Source: Amphiscolops sp. MND2022
Lineage: Eukaryota
NCBI GenBank assembly: GCA_964187785.1
Contig: OZ076409.1
Location: 80,106,001 to 80,170,000 of the forward strand
Length of the DNA: 64,000 bases
Direction of reading: 5' to 3'
How positions within the stretch are numbered: position 1 is the stretch's first letter; each line of letters starts with the position of its first letter. The notes beneath the pieces are model-generated. The model worked only from the letters and a program-made list of their open reading frames with translations. It made no database searches and was not told the origin of the DNA. Shown one piece after another: positions 25,950-39,160 of this stretch. The position numbers and the translations under genes were made by a program.

Positions 25950-27719
25950 GATCTCTAACACCATAATAATAGTCAGGAGATTGCTCCTGGAACGCGAAAT
26001 TGCATCAGAACGTGGGTCTTAAGGGGATTCACGCAGTAAGCACAGTTTTCACTCTGAGCAAACGAACTCGAGGTTATGAGAAACGAGTAATGGCTTTCCG
26101 GGAAATTTCTGAACAAAACGCGAAAACGTTCATTTCTAGCATTTCCCAGACTTTTTCCGAAGATGTTCACATATTCGTTTCCCATTGTAACTTTCTCCCT
26201 TCTCTTGTGTCCAGAAAATCAGAAATACAGTTCAGTGGTAATGTTCAGCATGATATCAACCTTTTGAACATCTTTTAACACGTAACATCGCAATATCTGC
26301 ATCAAAAAGAGCCTGCATAACAACAAAAGAACACGAAAAATTTGTCGTTAATTTTCAAAATATCTTTAACTGATCATTTTCAGAGGACCTAAACATGAGC
26401 TGAAATATTGAGATGAGAAAATTAAAATGTTTGGTTCGTTTATGCTATGAAAAGTGTCCGAAGCCAACAAAAGATTTTGGTTTGCACTGTGAATAAAATC
26501 CTAACAGCTAAATACAACTAGAAGTAGGTACAAGAATCAGACACTAGCCAAATTCAATTACCATCATCCTACCACGTAATCTAATACTGTAACCACTTTA
26601 CCAACTGCAAATGAATGATCTATCGACCCTCCTGTTCGTTTTCGTTCAAAGAAAGAGCACATTCCTACTTCACCAAGTTGAAAAAAGTGCAAACAAGATC
26701 ACGAACGAGAAGATACTGTAACAGCATCCTCTGGTATACGAAAATCAGTCAATACCGGAATTGGAACATGCTCAGAAATTCGGTGGAAATTCTAATCTGA
26801 TGTTTGACGTGGCAGTTTCGCTGTTTCCGTCATTTTCAATGCAAAACAAGGACGAGAGCAGACCGAGCGAAAACACCGGAAACAAAAAAACCTGAGAGCT
26901 CATGGAGACTATGAAAACCTTGAGAAAGACATCCTGTTTTGGTGCTAATCCCAGTTTCTATATATTTATGGCAAAATGCTACCTTAAATGGCGAAAACCG
27001 GAAAATGTATTTTTTAGTTAAAAATTGTTGTTTGGTACTTGGAGCCCCTTGCAGCTGGTGTGGTCTGCCATTTTCTTGTGTGCTTGGATGTATTTTCATT
27101 GGTTTTAGCCGTTTTTTTAGTTCGAGAGCTAGTTTTTGTAATTTTAGACGTTTTTCCCATGTCAATCTGGAATTGGAAATTTAACTTATTCTTGGTATTG
27201 TTTTTACATGCTAGTGAAACGGTGATCTTTAGAGACTCAGGAAGATGCCCCTACTATTAGCAATCAAAAACTAGGACCGGTTGGACGGTTTCGTTGAAGC
27301 ACCCACGGTTCGGGACGTATTTCACCCCTGGAGGCAACATGGATTTGTGGCGATGGGCGTCTGCCCCGAGCGATACACCATTTCTGTGGGTTCCTCCACC
27401 TCTGTTAAATTGTTAGGCGACTTATCACTGCTTGTCGTTACATACTCTCGCTAGTATTCAGTCATATAAAGCATGTTGTCGGGCCAAAAAGATATACTGG
27501 CAATTGAAACTACAGCAGATGATCTAAAAGTAGTGTGCAACTAACTCTTATTTGCGCTGCAATATGCAAAGTCCAAAGCAAGTCATTCCGCTTGTTGAAC
27601 CAACGAAAGAAGAAACTTTCAACTGAAGGTGTGCTGATGCTCAAAAAACAGATTTCGTGAGTTTTTTTTGGGAATACAGAAATTTTCAACAAATTTTTGA
27701 ATGGAACAATTTTACTAAC

Positions 27720-28343
27720 CATAACGCCCACTTGTTCTGCAAGCTCCATGTAAGGTTCAACTTTTCTGGCCAGTTGGCACAGCTGTGGAATTTGATCTGA
27801 ATAATTCAACTTTTCATTCATCGCCGAAAAACTCAATGTGCTGTTATTGGCAGCCCAAGAAACATTGAACACCTCTACAAAATGGCATACTTTCTTCACG
27901 CCGTTGAACAGATTTACTTTCTCGGTTGTGTTTCTCATCTGAACATCATAGAACAGGATTCGAAACTGGTCATAAGAAACTTCACTAATGGACTTGTTGA
28001 GAAACTGGTTCCAGCTGGCATCAATTTCATTCGATAATTCTGATCTCTGTTTGTAAAGTTTGGGCTGGTATGCGTTGTAAACAGCTACTGAAGTAGGAGT
28101 TACGAGGATGAAACTGGTTACTATAACTACTGAAGTCAAAGCCAGGTAACCCAAAAGATAAATAATGGGGTGTTTACAAATATTGACCGTGATGGCTCTG
28201 AATATCCTCCGCATGCACCTTTCCGGGAATTCGAACATGGTTTTGAGTGGGCACTGGTCCGTTTTCGGGCACAAATAATCCAATGACGTTTCATTTGCAT
28301 CATCTTCTCCTCTCTTAGACCTTTTGCGAGGTGAATGACTCAT
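27720..28343 (-). CDS. Patched-related protein, exon 1 (N-terminus, TM1, luminal domain 1)
   Basis: ATG at 28343 with an in-frame upstream stop. KHPIIYLLGYLALTSVVIVTSFILV is a typical TM1, followed by several N-glycosylation sequons. Donor |gttagt after VGVM, phase 0. Confidence 0.8.
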
Positions 28344-30989
28344 TACTACGTCACCGAGACAGGATTTTGAAGCTGATCAGATTGTCATCCGAGACTCCGA
28401 CGATCTTCCATTTTTGGCTGTTTTCAGATACCGCGCCTCGCTGTTGATAACAAAAACAATTTTATCCTTGTGAGTAATAATTGAATACATAATTGTAAGT
28501 CTTCTGTTGAAATTTTTGTCTGTCTCGAATTGAACATACCAAATTTTATTATGGTATATCTGCTTGGGACCTGTCTAAGCATGCAAAAGCGACTTCGGAT
28601 GTGCAAAATTTATGATCTGTACGAGAAAGGTAAATGGCTTCACTCGTGATTGCCAAAAACTATAAAAACAAATCATTTCTAAAAATGTGACTTCAGTCTT
28701 GTTTAAACGGCGGATTAGTTTTATTCTGAGTATAAAATAATGAAAAAAGTCATTCTTAATTGACCGTATCGCACACATCACTATACACATCTGCCATTCC
28801 TTTGCTCCAATATGATTCATTTTTATTACTCCGAAACTTTTCTAAAACGCTTAATTGATTCTGGTGTAAAGTAAAAATTGCTTCCATGGAAAATGAATTT
28901 CACAAAACAAAATGGGAAAGCATTTTTGTTTCAAATTGATTGTTTCAAGCTTTATGGGCATTAAATTGAATTTAAGATGAAATATATAGCAATAGAGCTC
29001 AAAAATATTAATCAATTTCACAAGCAGTACATGTTGAGAAAAATATTAAAAGTTTTAATAGTAATAAAATATTAAATACACTAGCGGAAGAATTAACATA
29101 TCAAAAAGTTCAACAACCGCCATGTTAAACTTTCATGTAAAGACACATTTCGAGTAGAAAAAGAGGCTACTGCTTTTTATATGAAAGAGGACCTTAATAT
29201 CAGACCAGAAAAGCAGTTGTTTCAAAATTTCTTTTGAAAAATTGATTATTGAATGTGAACTAAGGAGATCAAGATTCAATTTCATAGATCAGACAAAAGT
29301 TTTGAATATTTTTCTACTATTTTTCTACTACTATATCACAAACGTATATGATAAGTGATTATTCTTCAAAATATTAGTTTTTTTTGGTATTCTACAAAAT
29401 ATTGTCAAGAAGGCCAAATAAATTTCACCTACCTGCTTGTTAGTTTTTTCACTGTGGTAAATTCCTTCACAAAAACTCGTTGCGATGTTAGAAGGAATTT
29501 AAATGCTTTCTTTCACGTCTATGAAAAACATAAAATTTATGAATAATATTAAGCACACTATACAGTTGGTGCGAGAAATATTCCAATGTAATTAAATTCT
29601 ACAAAGAAAAATAATTTCCGTCTTTTTTCCATTTTCCGTGTTATATTTTTATTACTTTGAAGCGTTACTTTTTCTGATACAAGCTACAGGTAAGAACACA
29701 AGCTACTGTTGCCGCTCTGAATCGATGAAGGAATAAATTTCCTGGTTTGGCTGCCAAGTGCATTGGGATTTTTGTGCGATGACGTGTTTTTGGCGAGGTC
29801 AAACTCCGCATGTGCATTTTATATTTTTCAATGAAGACATAGCTGGACAAAAAAGACTCTCATTTTGACTCTACAAAATCCGCACCTGGAACTCAATCTA
29901 AAATCAGTGAAGAAAGCACCATGAAATATCGATGGCACAACTGTGTAACTCGTCGAAATGATTTGCTGCAAAAAATATATTTTTTCCAGATTAAATATGG
30001 AAGCTGTTTGCTTGATAGGCAATAAAGGAATAATTTTTGTGAAAAATAATATAAAAATATGAGAAAAATATAAAAATTGGTAATATATTTATAGCCTCAT
30101 TAAAGATATCTATATGCTGCCTTCTCAGAATTTTACATCGGGAACCGTTCTCTGTACAAAATTGGAGTCCAAAACAAAAGCAAAATAACACTTTCACCCT
30201 CGAAGATCAAATGGAAAAGTTTCGAAGTTAGAGTTTCTATACTTTTCAGGTACTGGCGCCAACCAAAAGAGAATCTGCCAATCGATTATGAGAGTACGTC
30301 AAAAAAGCAACGCAACAGAAACCGATGTATGACTAAAACGGAAAATTCGGGTTAGAGACCAAAATATGTAGCACATTGCAAGGTATGGCACGTTGCAAGA
30401 CAGGGGTTATTTTTTAAAAGTTTTAGCTTGTAGTCTCAGCAACTTGTACTCCAGAAATCGCTGCACTTAGGCTATTGTGTAAAATATTCAATGCTTTCAA
30501 TTGCTTCATCAGGTATTTTTTGACCCTATGGTACTTACTTCCATTCCTTATAAGGTTTTTAAATGAGATTTCGAACCTCAGACATTCGGAAATAAAAAGG
30601 CGTGAAACCAAATCCTGTGTTGTATCTTGATAATGACGGTGATGTAACAATCTATTCTACTGTAGCACAACATGCAACACTGAACTAGTCAATAACTCTT
30701 TATCACGCATTTCTCTTGACCACTTGACAGCGTTAACTTGGGACTCCGAAAAAGTTCAGCGATGAGGGTATGATAGCGGCCGGGTATTTCACTGTTCCTT
30801 CTGTAGTTCTGCTTCACAGTATGTGAACAGGCTAGTCGATGTTGGTCTTCTTAGTCAGCACATTTTAGTAGAAAATGACAGTTAGTCTTACAATGGCAAG
30901 CTGTTTTCTTGGACAGGCCAGAGGAAACGCATCTAAGTCAGTGCAAAGAATTCCTTTCATCTACTCCAACTATAACGTAACATTAAATA

Positions 30990-32290
30990 GGGACAAGACT
31001 GACGGGTCCTCCTTTCAATTTTTTCGGCACTGTGAAACTGTTTCAAAATTTTCGTATTTCGTCTAAAACTAGGTTTTCTCAATATATATCTCTCACAGGT
31101 TGCCTTATGCGATAGTAATTGGTACTCCCTTTCTTATAATTACCACAGGGTCTTCCCAGGGACTTTTTCCCTGGACTAACTGGCAGGAACGCCATAAAAT
31201 AAACTGTAAACTCTCACACATCAAAACTAGATTTAGAGTTATTTTACTACAATTCTACATGTAAAGTATTGTTCGAGTTTCCACCTTTTATTTATACACA
31301 ATGTTAATATTGGACACCGAACGTACAAGCGAGAAGGAAACGTGTTCAAATGCCAACCTGCTTGACGTAGCAGACAAGCCGTCCGAAATTACAGTTGCTA
31401 ATCAGAGGCGCTGATTCGATAATACGTGTATTTGGACCGACGTGTCACCTGTCCCTCATTTGAATCACATTTTTGTATGCATGCTTAAGTTATGATGAAA
31501 TGCATGAAAATAATTTGACATCATATCATTACAACCGAGTCGGCCATTTGTATTAGTATGAAGCGGACTAGCGTTGATGCAATTCATAAAACTTTCCATT
31601 TCGTCACGGTGCTATTTTTAGGTACTCTGTGTCTATATTTAGTACCGTGATTCACGGAATATGAGATGTCATCTTTCCTGGAGTATATATAGTGCGCCCC
31701 AGAAAGCTCTGACAAAATTTACCATTGCAACTATCTTACAAGAGTTGAAATATAAAACGGATTCAGGAAATAACATTTTGTCATCCTCTTCAATTTTCAT
31801 ACCTTCAACTAGAAGACAGCAAGCTAAGGCCAGAAATCCGAATATGATGGGTTCGCTGTCTTCGGAACAGAGGGACACTGAGTCGGGAACGTCCACTAAT
31901 AATCAGGAAAATAGTGAACAGATAAGCGGGTTAAAAACATAACTAACAAAAAGGACTATGGGTCTGCATTTTATCTGGGGACACTGGGGATCTAAGTATT
32001 TACAATATCCACCAATAATTTTCTTCAGCTCTCCATATTTTTGACATTATATTCGAAGAAAGTATTCTGCGTTTCACTAAAGAGGAGGTGAAGGTCCTTA
32101 ACGATGCACTACATCCAACTTTTGGCCTTGTATTTGATTTTTTCTGGGTTTTACTAAAGACAAGGCGGAGTTTCGAAGCGGTCCATTCGTCCCTGCACGC
32201 TATGTCCGAACTTTCGACGTTACATCAGAAGTAAATTGCCATTTACTGAAGAGGAATGCTTTGGGCTTTTTTAACATCCAACCCGCGAAA
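30990..32290 (-). repeat. HINE-family fragment split by the solo LTR
   Basis: Flanks ggttttctcaatatatatc / caccaataat rejoin into sequence resembling 44810-44840. Confidence 0.5.
31091..32004. mobile_element. Solo LTR (914 bp)
   Basis: 5-bp TSD ATATC at 31086-31090 and 32005-32009. Ends are TCTCACA (mutated TGT) and TTACA. No internal gag/pol. Confidence 0.75.
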
Positions 32291-33265
32291 AGGACTAACC
32301 CTTTACAATAACTTAAATGCGTTCCCGATGTATTCGTTTAGTCCGTAATCCCTAGTTTAGGAAATTTAGTTTTAGTTCTTGGAAATTTGCAAGCGTTGTC
32401 TTTCAATCATGTGTGATGATTGGAGCTCATTACTCTCTCGCCTAAGGTACCCTCCTTTTTTGGTTTCTATATTTGATACTGGCCTGTGTAGTCAATACAG
32501 GCTGGGTATTCGCGGAGAGAACATAAAAAGATTACCAAAAATTGGGTACATTTTAGGGAAAAGGTGTTTTGGCCTCAGTCCTTGGCAGTGGCATCTATCA
32601 ACCAAGGATTTCCGACATCCGCGATGAGCATCATATCCGATAATATCACTGTGTTGTTCCTGTTTCTTTTTTTGATTTGGCTTGAAATACTGCCGCTATA
32701 AATTGTAAAACTAGAAAAAAATGTCAAAATTGTATACACTACTGAAGCTGGACTAGTCCCAAATTCATTTCTATGTGGATCTTAGTTGGAACTCATTGCC
32801 ATGTGAGTTATTTCAGGATACCCTCACAGATTCCAAGATGTTTATAAAGCGTGATATAATTGATATTTTTAAAACTTACGTGTTTGCTTGCTGAGATCGA
32901 TTCTAAGAGTCAGAAACAATTATGGCTAAAATGAACGGTCTCTTGTAATAAGTAGAGAAAATTTGCGAATAGGCCGACAAATTCAGCTCGGAATAATATC
33001 CTTCTTATATTAAGTTCACTGAATTGAATGCACATGCATATTTTACCTGTTTGTGTATCTAAAAGCATTGTATGTAGTGTTATCGTATACAAATCAAATA
33101 ATATTTACTTAATACATATTTATACATTATTTAGTTTTATACATATTTATACTACATATTCACTCATTTATTTTCTAGACTTTCGCACAGAAAACAGCTT
33201 TACATATGTTCTGGACGTTGGTATGACAAACCAAGATGAGTATCTTCACACTTCCCTTGATATTA

Positions 33266-33785
33266 CCCTTGTTGAAAAAAAAAGCATTCCTTACAAGGAT
33301 CTTGCAAGATTTTCTTGCAAGGTCTTGCAAGTTAAGGCATTTCTCTGCAAGACATCTTGCAAGTATCTTGCAAGAAGAAAATTTCCTCGCAAGATTCTTT
33401 CAAGGAGAAACGTTTCCCTGCAAGATTCTTTCAAGAAGAAAAGTTTCCTTGCAAGATTCTTTCAAGGACAAAACGTTCCTTGAAAGATTCTTGTGAGGAA
33501 CACATTTGCTTGAAAGATTCTTCCAAGGAGAAAAATTTCCTTGAAACATCCAAGGTTTTTCTCACTTTTGGTCCTTTTTCCAGATTATTTCAAAATGAAA
33601 AAGGTGTAAATGGGTCAAAAATTCAAACAAAAATTTAAAAATTAGCCAAGAAGATTTGATTACCCATTGGTTATGTTTGCTCTCTTTCAGCGTTGTTTCT
33701 TCTAAAATCAATAGGAGAAAGGAATTTCCTTGAAAGATCTTCCAAGGAATTTCCTTGCAAGGAATGCATTTTTTGTCAACCAAGG
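33266..33785. mobile_element. MITE with cttgcaag arrays and TA target duplication
   Basis: TIRs cccttgttgaaaaaaaaagcattccttacaagga and tccttgcaaggaatgcattttttgtcaaccaagg, flanked by TA on both sides. Related to 8124-8327. Confidence 0.8.
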
Positions 33786-34085
33786 TACCTTTTGTTGGAC
33801 GTTTTGACTTAGTGTTTCATTCTTCCGGCATCAGTTAGATTAACCTATTTCCGTTAACCTTTTTAATATTCCACTAAAAACATCTTGCAAAACTTCGAAA
33901 AATTCAGTCATTCCTCATAATATAAGTCAGTTGACCATGAAACAATGGATGTTCTGGCAGAATTGCTGTGAAAAACCCAATGAGATTCCGTTAAAAATCA
34001 ACAAAACTCCTCACTGCCTTTGTAGCCAGATTTGAATGGTGTTTTTTCATTCAAGTTCAAAGCACCAGTGACTTCTGTTTGATGT

Positions 34086-34625
34086 TGTCATGAGCACTGT
34101 CTAGGTCCTCATATCTGTTTGGAAACCTATGATACTCATCTCTGGTGTCGCTCCTAAACCTACGGTCCAAGGCTTCTTCGGATCTGTATTCCGGTCTTCT
34201 AGCCGAGTCTTCCCATCTTCTTTCTAGTACCTGTCCTTGTCCGGATTTCAGAGTGGCCTGTATTTGAGGCAGGATTTGATCACTGATTGCCTCATTTATG
34301 GCTCTCATGTGCTCTTACTGTGCTCATGAAACCACTCATATCCCTGATAATTTTTTATTTAACTCTCCTGACAGCCTATTAACCTCACTGCGTGAATCTG
34401 TTTCTCATGAGCTTTGGCCGTTTTGAGCACAAGTCCTAATTTCCACTTCATGAGAATTAGGATAGGAAATGCTTTCCTGATTTCGTAGTGTGCCATAACT
34501 GGGACTTTCAGGCCTTCTGCCATTATTACTAATTTCACTATCGTCCCTTTCCAAATGTTTTCCACCTAACATTACATCAAGATTTTCGATGTTTGACAAC
34601 ATATCTACTTCATGGTATTTTGACC
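34086..34625 (-). mobile_element. LTR-retroelement fragment with decayed ORF ending at a CA-like terminus
   Basis: Minus-strand ORF pieces MLSNIENLDVMLGG... and RAINEAISDQILPQIQATL...DSAHD terminate at ...CATGACA (34086). The classification is inferred. Confidence 0.4.
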
Positions 34626-34629
34626 TAAA

Positions 34630-36280
34630 ACTTGCTTCAGGACGTGACGGCACCCATTGGAATGAAATATTTACAACGCCGCCTGGTCGTCTTTGTTCAG
34701 AAAACATATTCAGAGGTGCTCCCGGGGTGAAAGGTTTCGTCCAGGCACGACTAGGAACAGTTCTTGATTTTGGCGCGAAGTTTTTGACAAGAAAATGTTT
34801 AGACAAATTTGTAAAAGTTCCAATTACTATGCTGCTTCGACAGGTGATACAGAGTCCTATATATCCGCGTCCGAACTTGAAAACTTTATTGCGGTGATGT
34901 ATGTACGCGGGCTTCTCATTTAAAACCCACACGTCAATTTTTTGTGGAACAGAACTTTCGGTGTGAATTTCAGGTGTGAAAACGCGTGTGAAAACGCGTA
35001 TTTTACGTGTGAAAACGCGTAATTTCACGAGATAGATTCAAAACAATACTGAAGTATCTACGATTCGACGACAAACGTACAAGTAGTGAAAGAATATGCA
35101 CCGACAAGTTCACACATATTCGGGAGATCTTTGAGTTGTTCCGACAAAACATTAAAAAGTTTATAACCCTCAGTTTTGATTGACAATAGACGGGCAATTG
35201 CTACCGTACAGGGGACGATCATCTCTGGTTGTTTTTATGCCCAACAAACCAGACAGGAACGGAATTAAATTCTGGGCACCATTGAAAGTGAAGTCCAAAT
35301 ATGTTGTTAATATTATTCCATATATGGGCCAACAAGAAGCAGAATCCAGAACCTGTCAGCTTGGGAAGCATGTAGTGAAGACTCTCATGGAACCTTTGTT
35401 TAGTAAAAGTTACAGCGTTACCACAGACAATTTTTTCACGTCTCTGAGAGTAGCAACATTTTGGAGAGAAAAGCGAATCACATGAGGAACAATTCGCAAT
35501 ACTCGGAGAGGGCTGTCCGATGAATTTACAAACAACTCACAAGATCTATACTCCTCAAGATTTTTTCTCAGTGAAAACAATGCACTACTGGTGTCTTACC
35601 ATATAAACAAAAACAAAAAAGTCAATTTGTTATCTACAATGCAACTACTATCTACAAGCCTGACGTTGTTCGTTTTTACAACCACCATAAAGTGGGAGTT
35701 GACTGGGTCGACATGATGGTCAAAAGTATTCCTCAAAACAGCCTTCGCGAAGATAGCCTGTCGCAGTATTTTGCAACATTCTGGATGTCAGTGCTGTTAA
35801 TTCATGGATTATATACAAAAACGTTACTGGAAATGCAGTTTCGAGAAGAGAATTCATCATAAAGCTGGCTGAAGAACTTGCAGCTGTTGGGCCCATTTTT
35901 GATACCCCGGTCCCAGAGACGCTGACCAGTAGCCAACTTTCCGATATAGTTTCCCCAGTTGATGAAGTATGCTGTTTGTCTTTATTGGAAAAGAGGAAAG
36001 AATGTCCAACAAATCTTTGTGGGAATAAAATGTTTTCTTAGTGCAAAAAATGCAAAATCAAAGTGTGGCTCTTGCTCTCACTCAAACGAGAAGTGCTCAA
36101 AAGTTGTTTGTGATGATTGTTTTACAGCAAATTGTTAAATTGAAAATTAATTTAAGTTTTCATTTCGTTAGAGGAACTTTTAATAACAAGTAAGGCTTTG
36201 AAAAGTGACTAAAATGATATGCGGTCACATGTGACCGCTCCCGTCTTTAGATAAACAGTGCATATCCCGGCCTCCGAGTG
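34630..36280 (+). mobile_element. 5'-truncated piggyBac transposon (PGBD-like transposase pseudogene)
   Basis: Motifs GRDGTHW...NIFRGAPG, LRFDD, TIDGQLLPYRGR...FMPNKPDRNGIKFW, VTTDNFFTS, YNHHKVGVD and a Cys-rich C-terminus. Right end has the palindrome gcggtcacatgtgaccgc and ...gagtg|TTAG. Confidence 0.88.
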
Positions 36281-36945
36281 TTAGACTAATCTATTGAATG
36301 CTGACTGTTTGATACCTTCCATTCAGATTTTCCATCAAGAACATTTAAAAACGCTGTAGGTGACTAACACTTTTTTTGTCGAAATAAGCAACAATTCAGA
36401 AAAAATGGTCGAGACTTTTTTATTAAAATGAAAACTATACACGCAACTTATTTATAAGAACACTACTTACAGATTGAGGCTCAATTGTTCCTAAATATCT
36501 GGCAAAATGAGGCTCAAAAAGGTCTTATGTTCTTGAATTTTTGACACTTTGAGGCTCGGGGTGTTCCAATATTCTAGACACCGCAAGCTTTTCATTACCA
36601 CGCGTGGTAGAGTTGTGTAAGCGTAAACATAAAGGCCGGACGACTGGCGGTCAGTACATGCAAGCACACAAATGTAAACGCAAACAACAGACATTTATGT
36701 GCATTGACCAAAAAAACTCAATTGACTATTGAGTCTTTCTGAAATTGGAGGTGATGATGTTTGTTTTGTTCAAGTTGATGTAACTTAACGTTTCCAATTG
36801 ATTTTGAATTTGAGCCTCGGTGGTGTTCTTAAAATATTCTTAATTTGTTCGACTTTCTGAGACTGGTGTTCTTATAAAAGTGTTCTTGTAAAAAATGGGT
36901 GTAATTCACACAGTTTCTGTCAAGTAGTTACAGAAAGCAACAGGG

Positions 36946-38531
36946 CAGGGATTTAAAAAAATAATTTGTGAACAATTGATTGCAATTAATTGCTGCCAAT
37001 TAATTGGACTGTTCAAAAAAATTATAGTAGAAAATGCAAAACCGGCAATTAACTGCAATTGATTGCAAGCCATGTATTCATGTAATAAACAATATTACTT
37101 GTGGCTTGTTGTACTGAAATCCCGTTGGCCAATGAAAAGAAACGATGATAATATAACGTGATTTGCTTATAGCACAGTTTTTTGAACTTGTTTAATTGCA
37201 CATATAACCAGTGAAAAGTCAGCTTTATACCTCACGGAATTAAGCCTACAGTATTTTACATTAATGAATGGGGACATTAGTGAATATAATTGCAAATGTA
37301 ATGCCATTATTTCTCGAAAGCACAATTCGGGATAGACAAATCTTTTTAACGACATCAAGGCTTTTCATCCAGACTATAGAAAAAATAGTTAATCTAATTC
37401 GACACTTGATTCCTTCGTTTCAGTCAATAAAACTAAGAAAGGGGATACTTATTATGGGTGGATTGATTGGATTTGTTCCACATTGAAACCCTATTTCATT
37501 CGTGACAGATGATAAAATCCGACGAAATTCAAGATTAGATACGATTTCTTTGGAAAGCATTTTCTTTGGATACATGGAAGCCCTTACAAAACGAGTTGAG
37601 CAAAAAGTTAAACATGTACTTCCTCATACAATTGCCAGCTGTAGTAAAAATTCAACTCATTTTGTAGCAGGAATCTCTCAAACTGAGCGGCAAACTAAAA
37701 AAATTTACTGACTTGAGGCCTGTTCAGCGAAACGATACCCGTTGGTCAAGCACATTTGGAATGTTGGACCGATATATGCGAATCAGGAAAGCTCTCAACC
37801 AATCTGGTTTTCATACTAATCGATCTATATTATTCTTTCTTTTGAGTCGGAAAATATTCAAGGTGAGGCCCTTCTACAGAATTTATTGTTTTTGGAAGGC
37901 ATTACTAAAGCCTACAAGATGAATCCACCGATTTAAGTGACCTTCCGGTACTATTTCACGAGGTTATTTTGAAGCATCCCCATTTGAAAGATTCGCTTTA
38001 TCCACAAGCATCTATTGTCAATTCACCAAGTTTTAAAGCAGCGATTGTAAAGATTGAAGACAAAAAGGAGAGTATGCTTACCGACGTCGAAGAACTATCG
38101 TGTGACATGCTCACAATTCAGTAGACACAATTCGAGGTGAATGACGATGACGATGTTATCCAATATCTTTTAAACAAAAGGATGAAAAAACATTGGAAGA
38201 GTGAAAAAACTTACAAAGATGCTCGATTTCTGCTTGCGACGTCTAACCTTGTGGAAAGGTTTTTTAGCAAGGCTGGTTTCGCTAACAGTGATTATAGGCA
38301 AAGTCTTGCTTCGGCTATTTGGAAATGCAACTTTTTCTCGATATGAACAAGGATGTATGGAACGAAGAAATGGTCAGTCAAATTGAAACCGGCATTTCTT
38401 CAAAGACGAATAACTGCAATTAGTTGCAATTAAATGCACAAATATTTAGAACTGTTTTTAACTATCAATTAATTGATTGTTTTTCAAAGTAATTATCTGT
38501 TTGCACGTTAATTAGGTTTTTAAAATCCCTA
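36946..38531 (+). mobile_element. Internally deleted hAT transposon with transposase remnants
   Basis: TIRs CAGGGATTT... and ...AAATCCCTA, 8-bp TSD caacaggg/caacaggt, and aattgattgcaatt subterminal repeats. Motifs RNDTRWSSTFGMLDRY and LATSNLVERFFSKAG. Confidence 0.9.
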
Positions 38532-39160
38532 CAACAGGTGTAGCACTTATATTCAGAGCTGCTCAGAGAAAACAATTCATCAGGAACGAATACAACATCT
38601 GAAAGTACATCAAAAATGAATGGAGAACGAAAAAAAAATTTTATAAAGAAAAACCCCTAAAAGGTGACCCAACGTTCTAATATTATACAAAAACAAACTC
38701 CTTTTCTTAAAAACAAACAAAATGTTCCATCAAAACGAATTTCGTCGAAACATCAAAACACTCAACCGAAAAGGGTGAAGAGAGGTTTGTCAAGGGAAAA
38801 AAACGAAAACGGAACAGAAAAATATAGGAAGCCCGAACAACTGTTGCTTTGTTGACACTGTAACTCGTGACGAAAGAGATAAATCATGAAACTTTCGTAT
38901 TCTTCACAATTTAATGTCAAATATAGTGAAACCGATCACAATATCAAATTAAACCACGTTTTTGGTCAGAAACGAGTCCGGATCTTAACCATTGACGTTT
39001 CTCAATCACAAAGGTTTTTCAGTAGAATCCGACTTCAAAAAACGTTTAGGTCTATCATCTGACACCGCTTGAAGGGAACGAGAGCTTTCGAATTGTAATG
39101 CAGAACTCCTGAGGTTTCCTTAAAACAGTTTCTTGGAAGTATTGGACTTTACAAAACCAA

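Noticed and set aside
29660..30970. Additional upstream exons or a second host gene
   Set aside because: There are splice-like signals and coding-like composition, but the frames I tried hit stops and no protein family was recognisable.
34960..35030. Regulatory repeat gtgtgaaaacgc x3-4
   Set aside because: A short fragment interrupting the piggyBac transposase, most simply a piece of another repeat, with no evidence of function.
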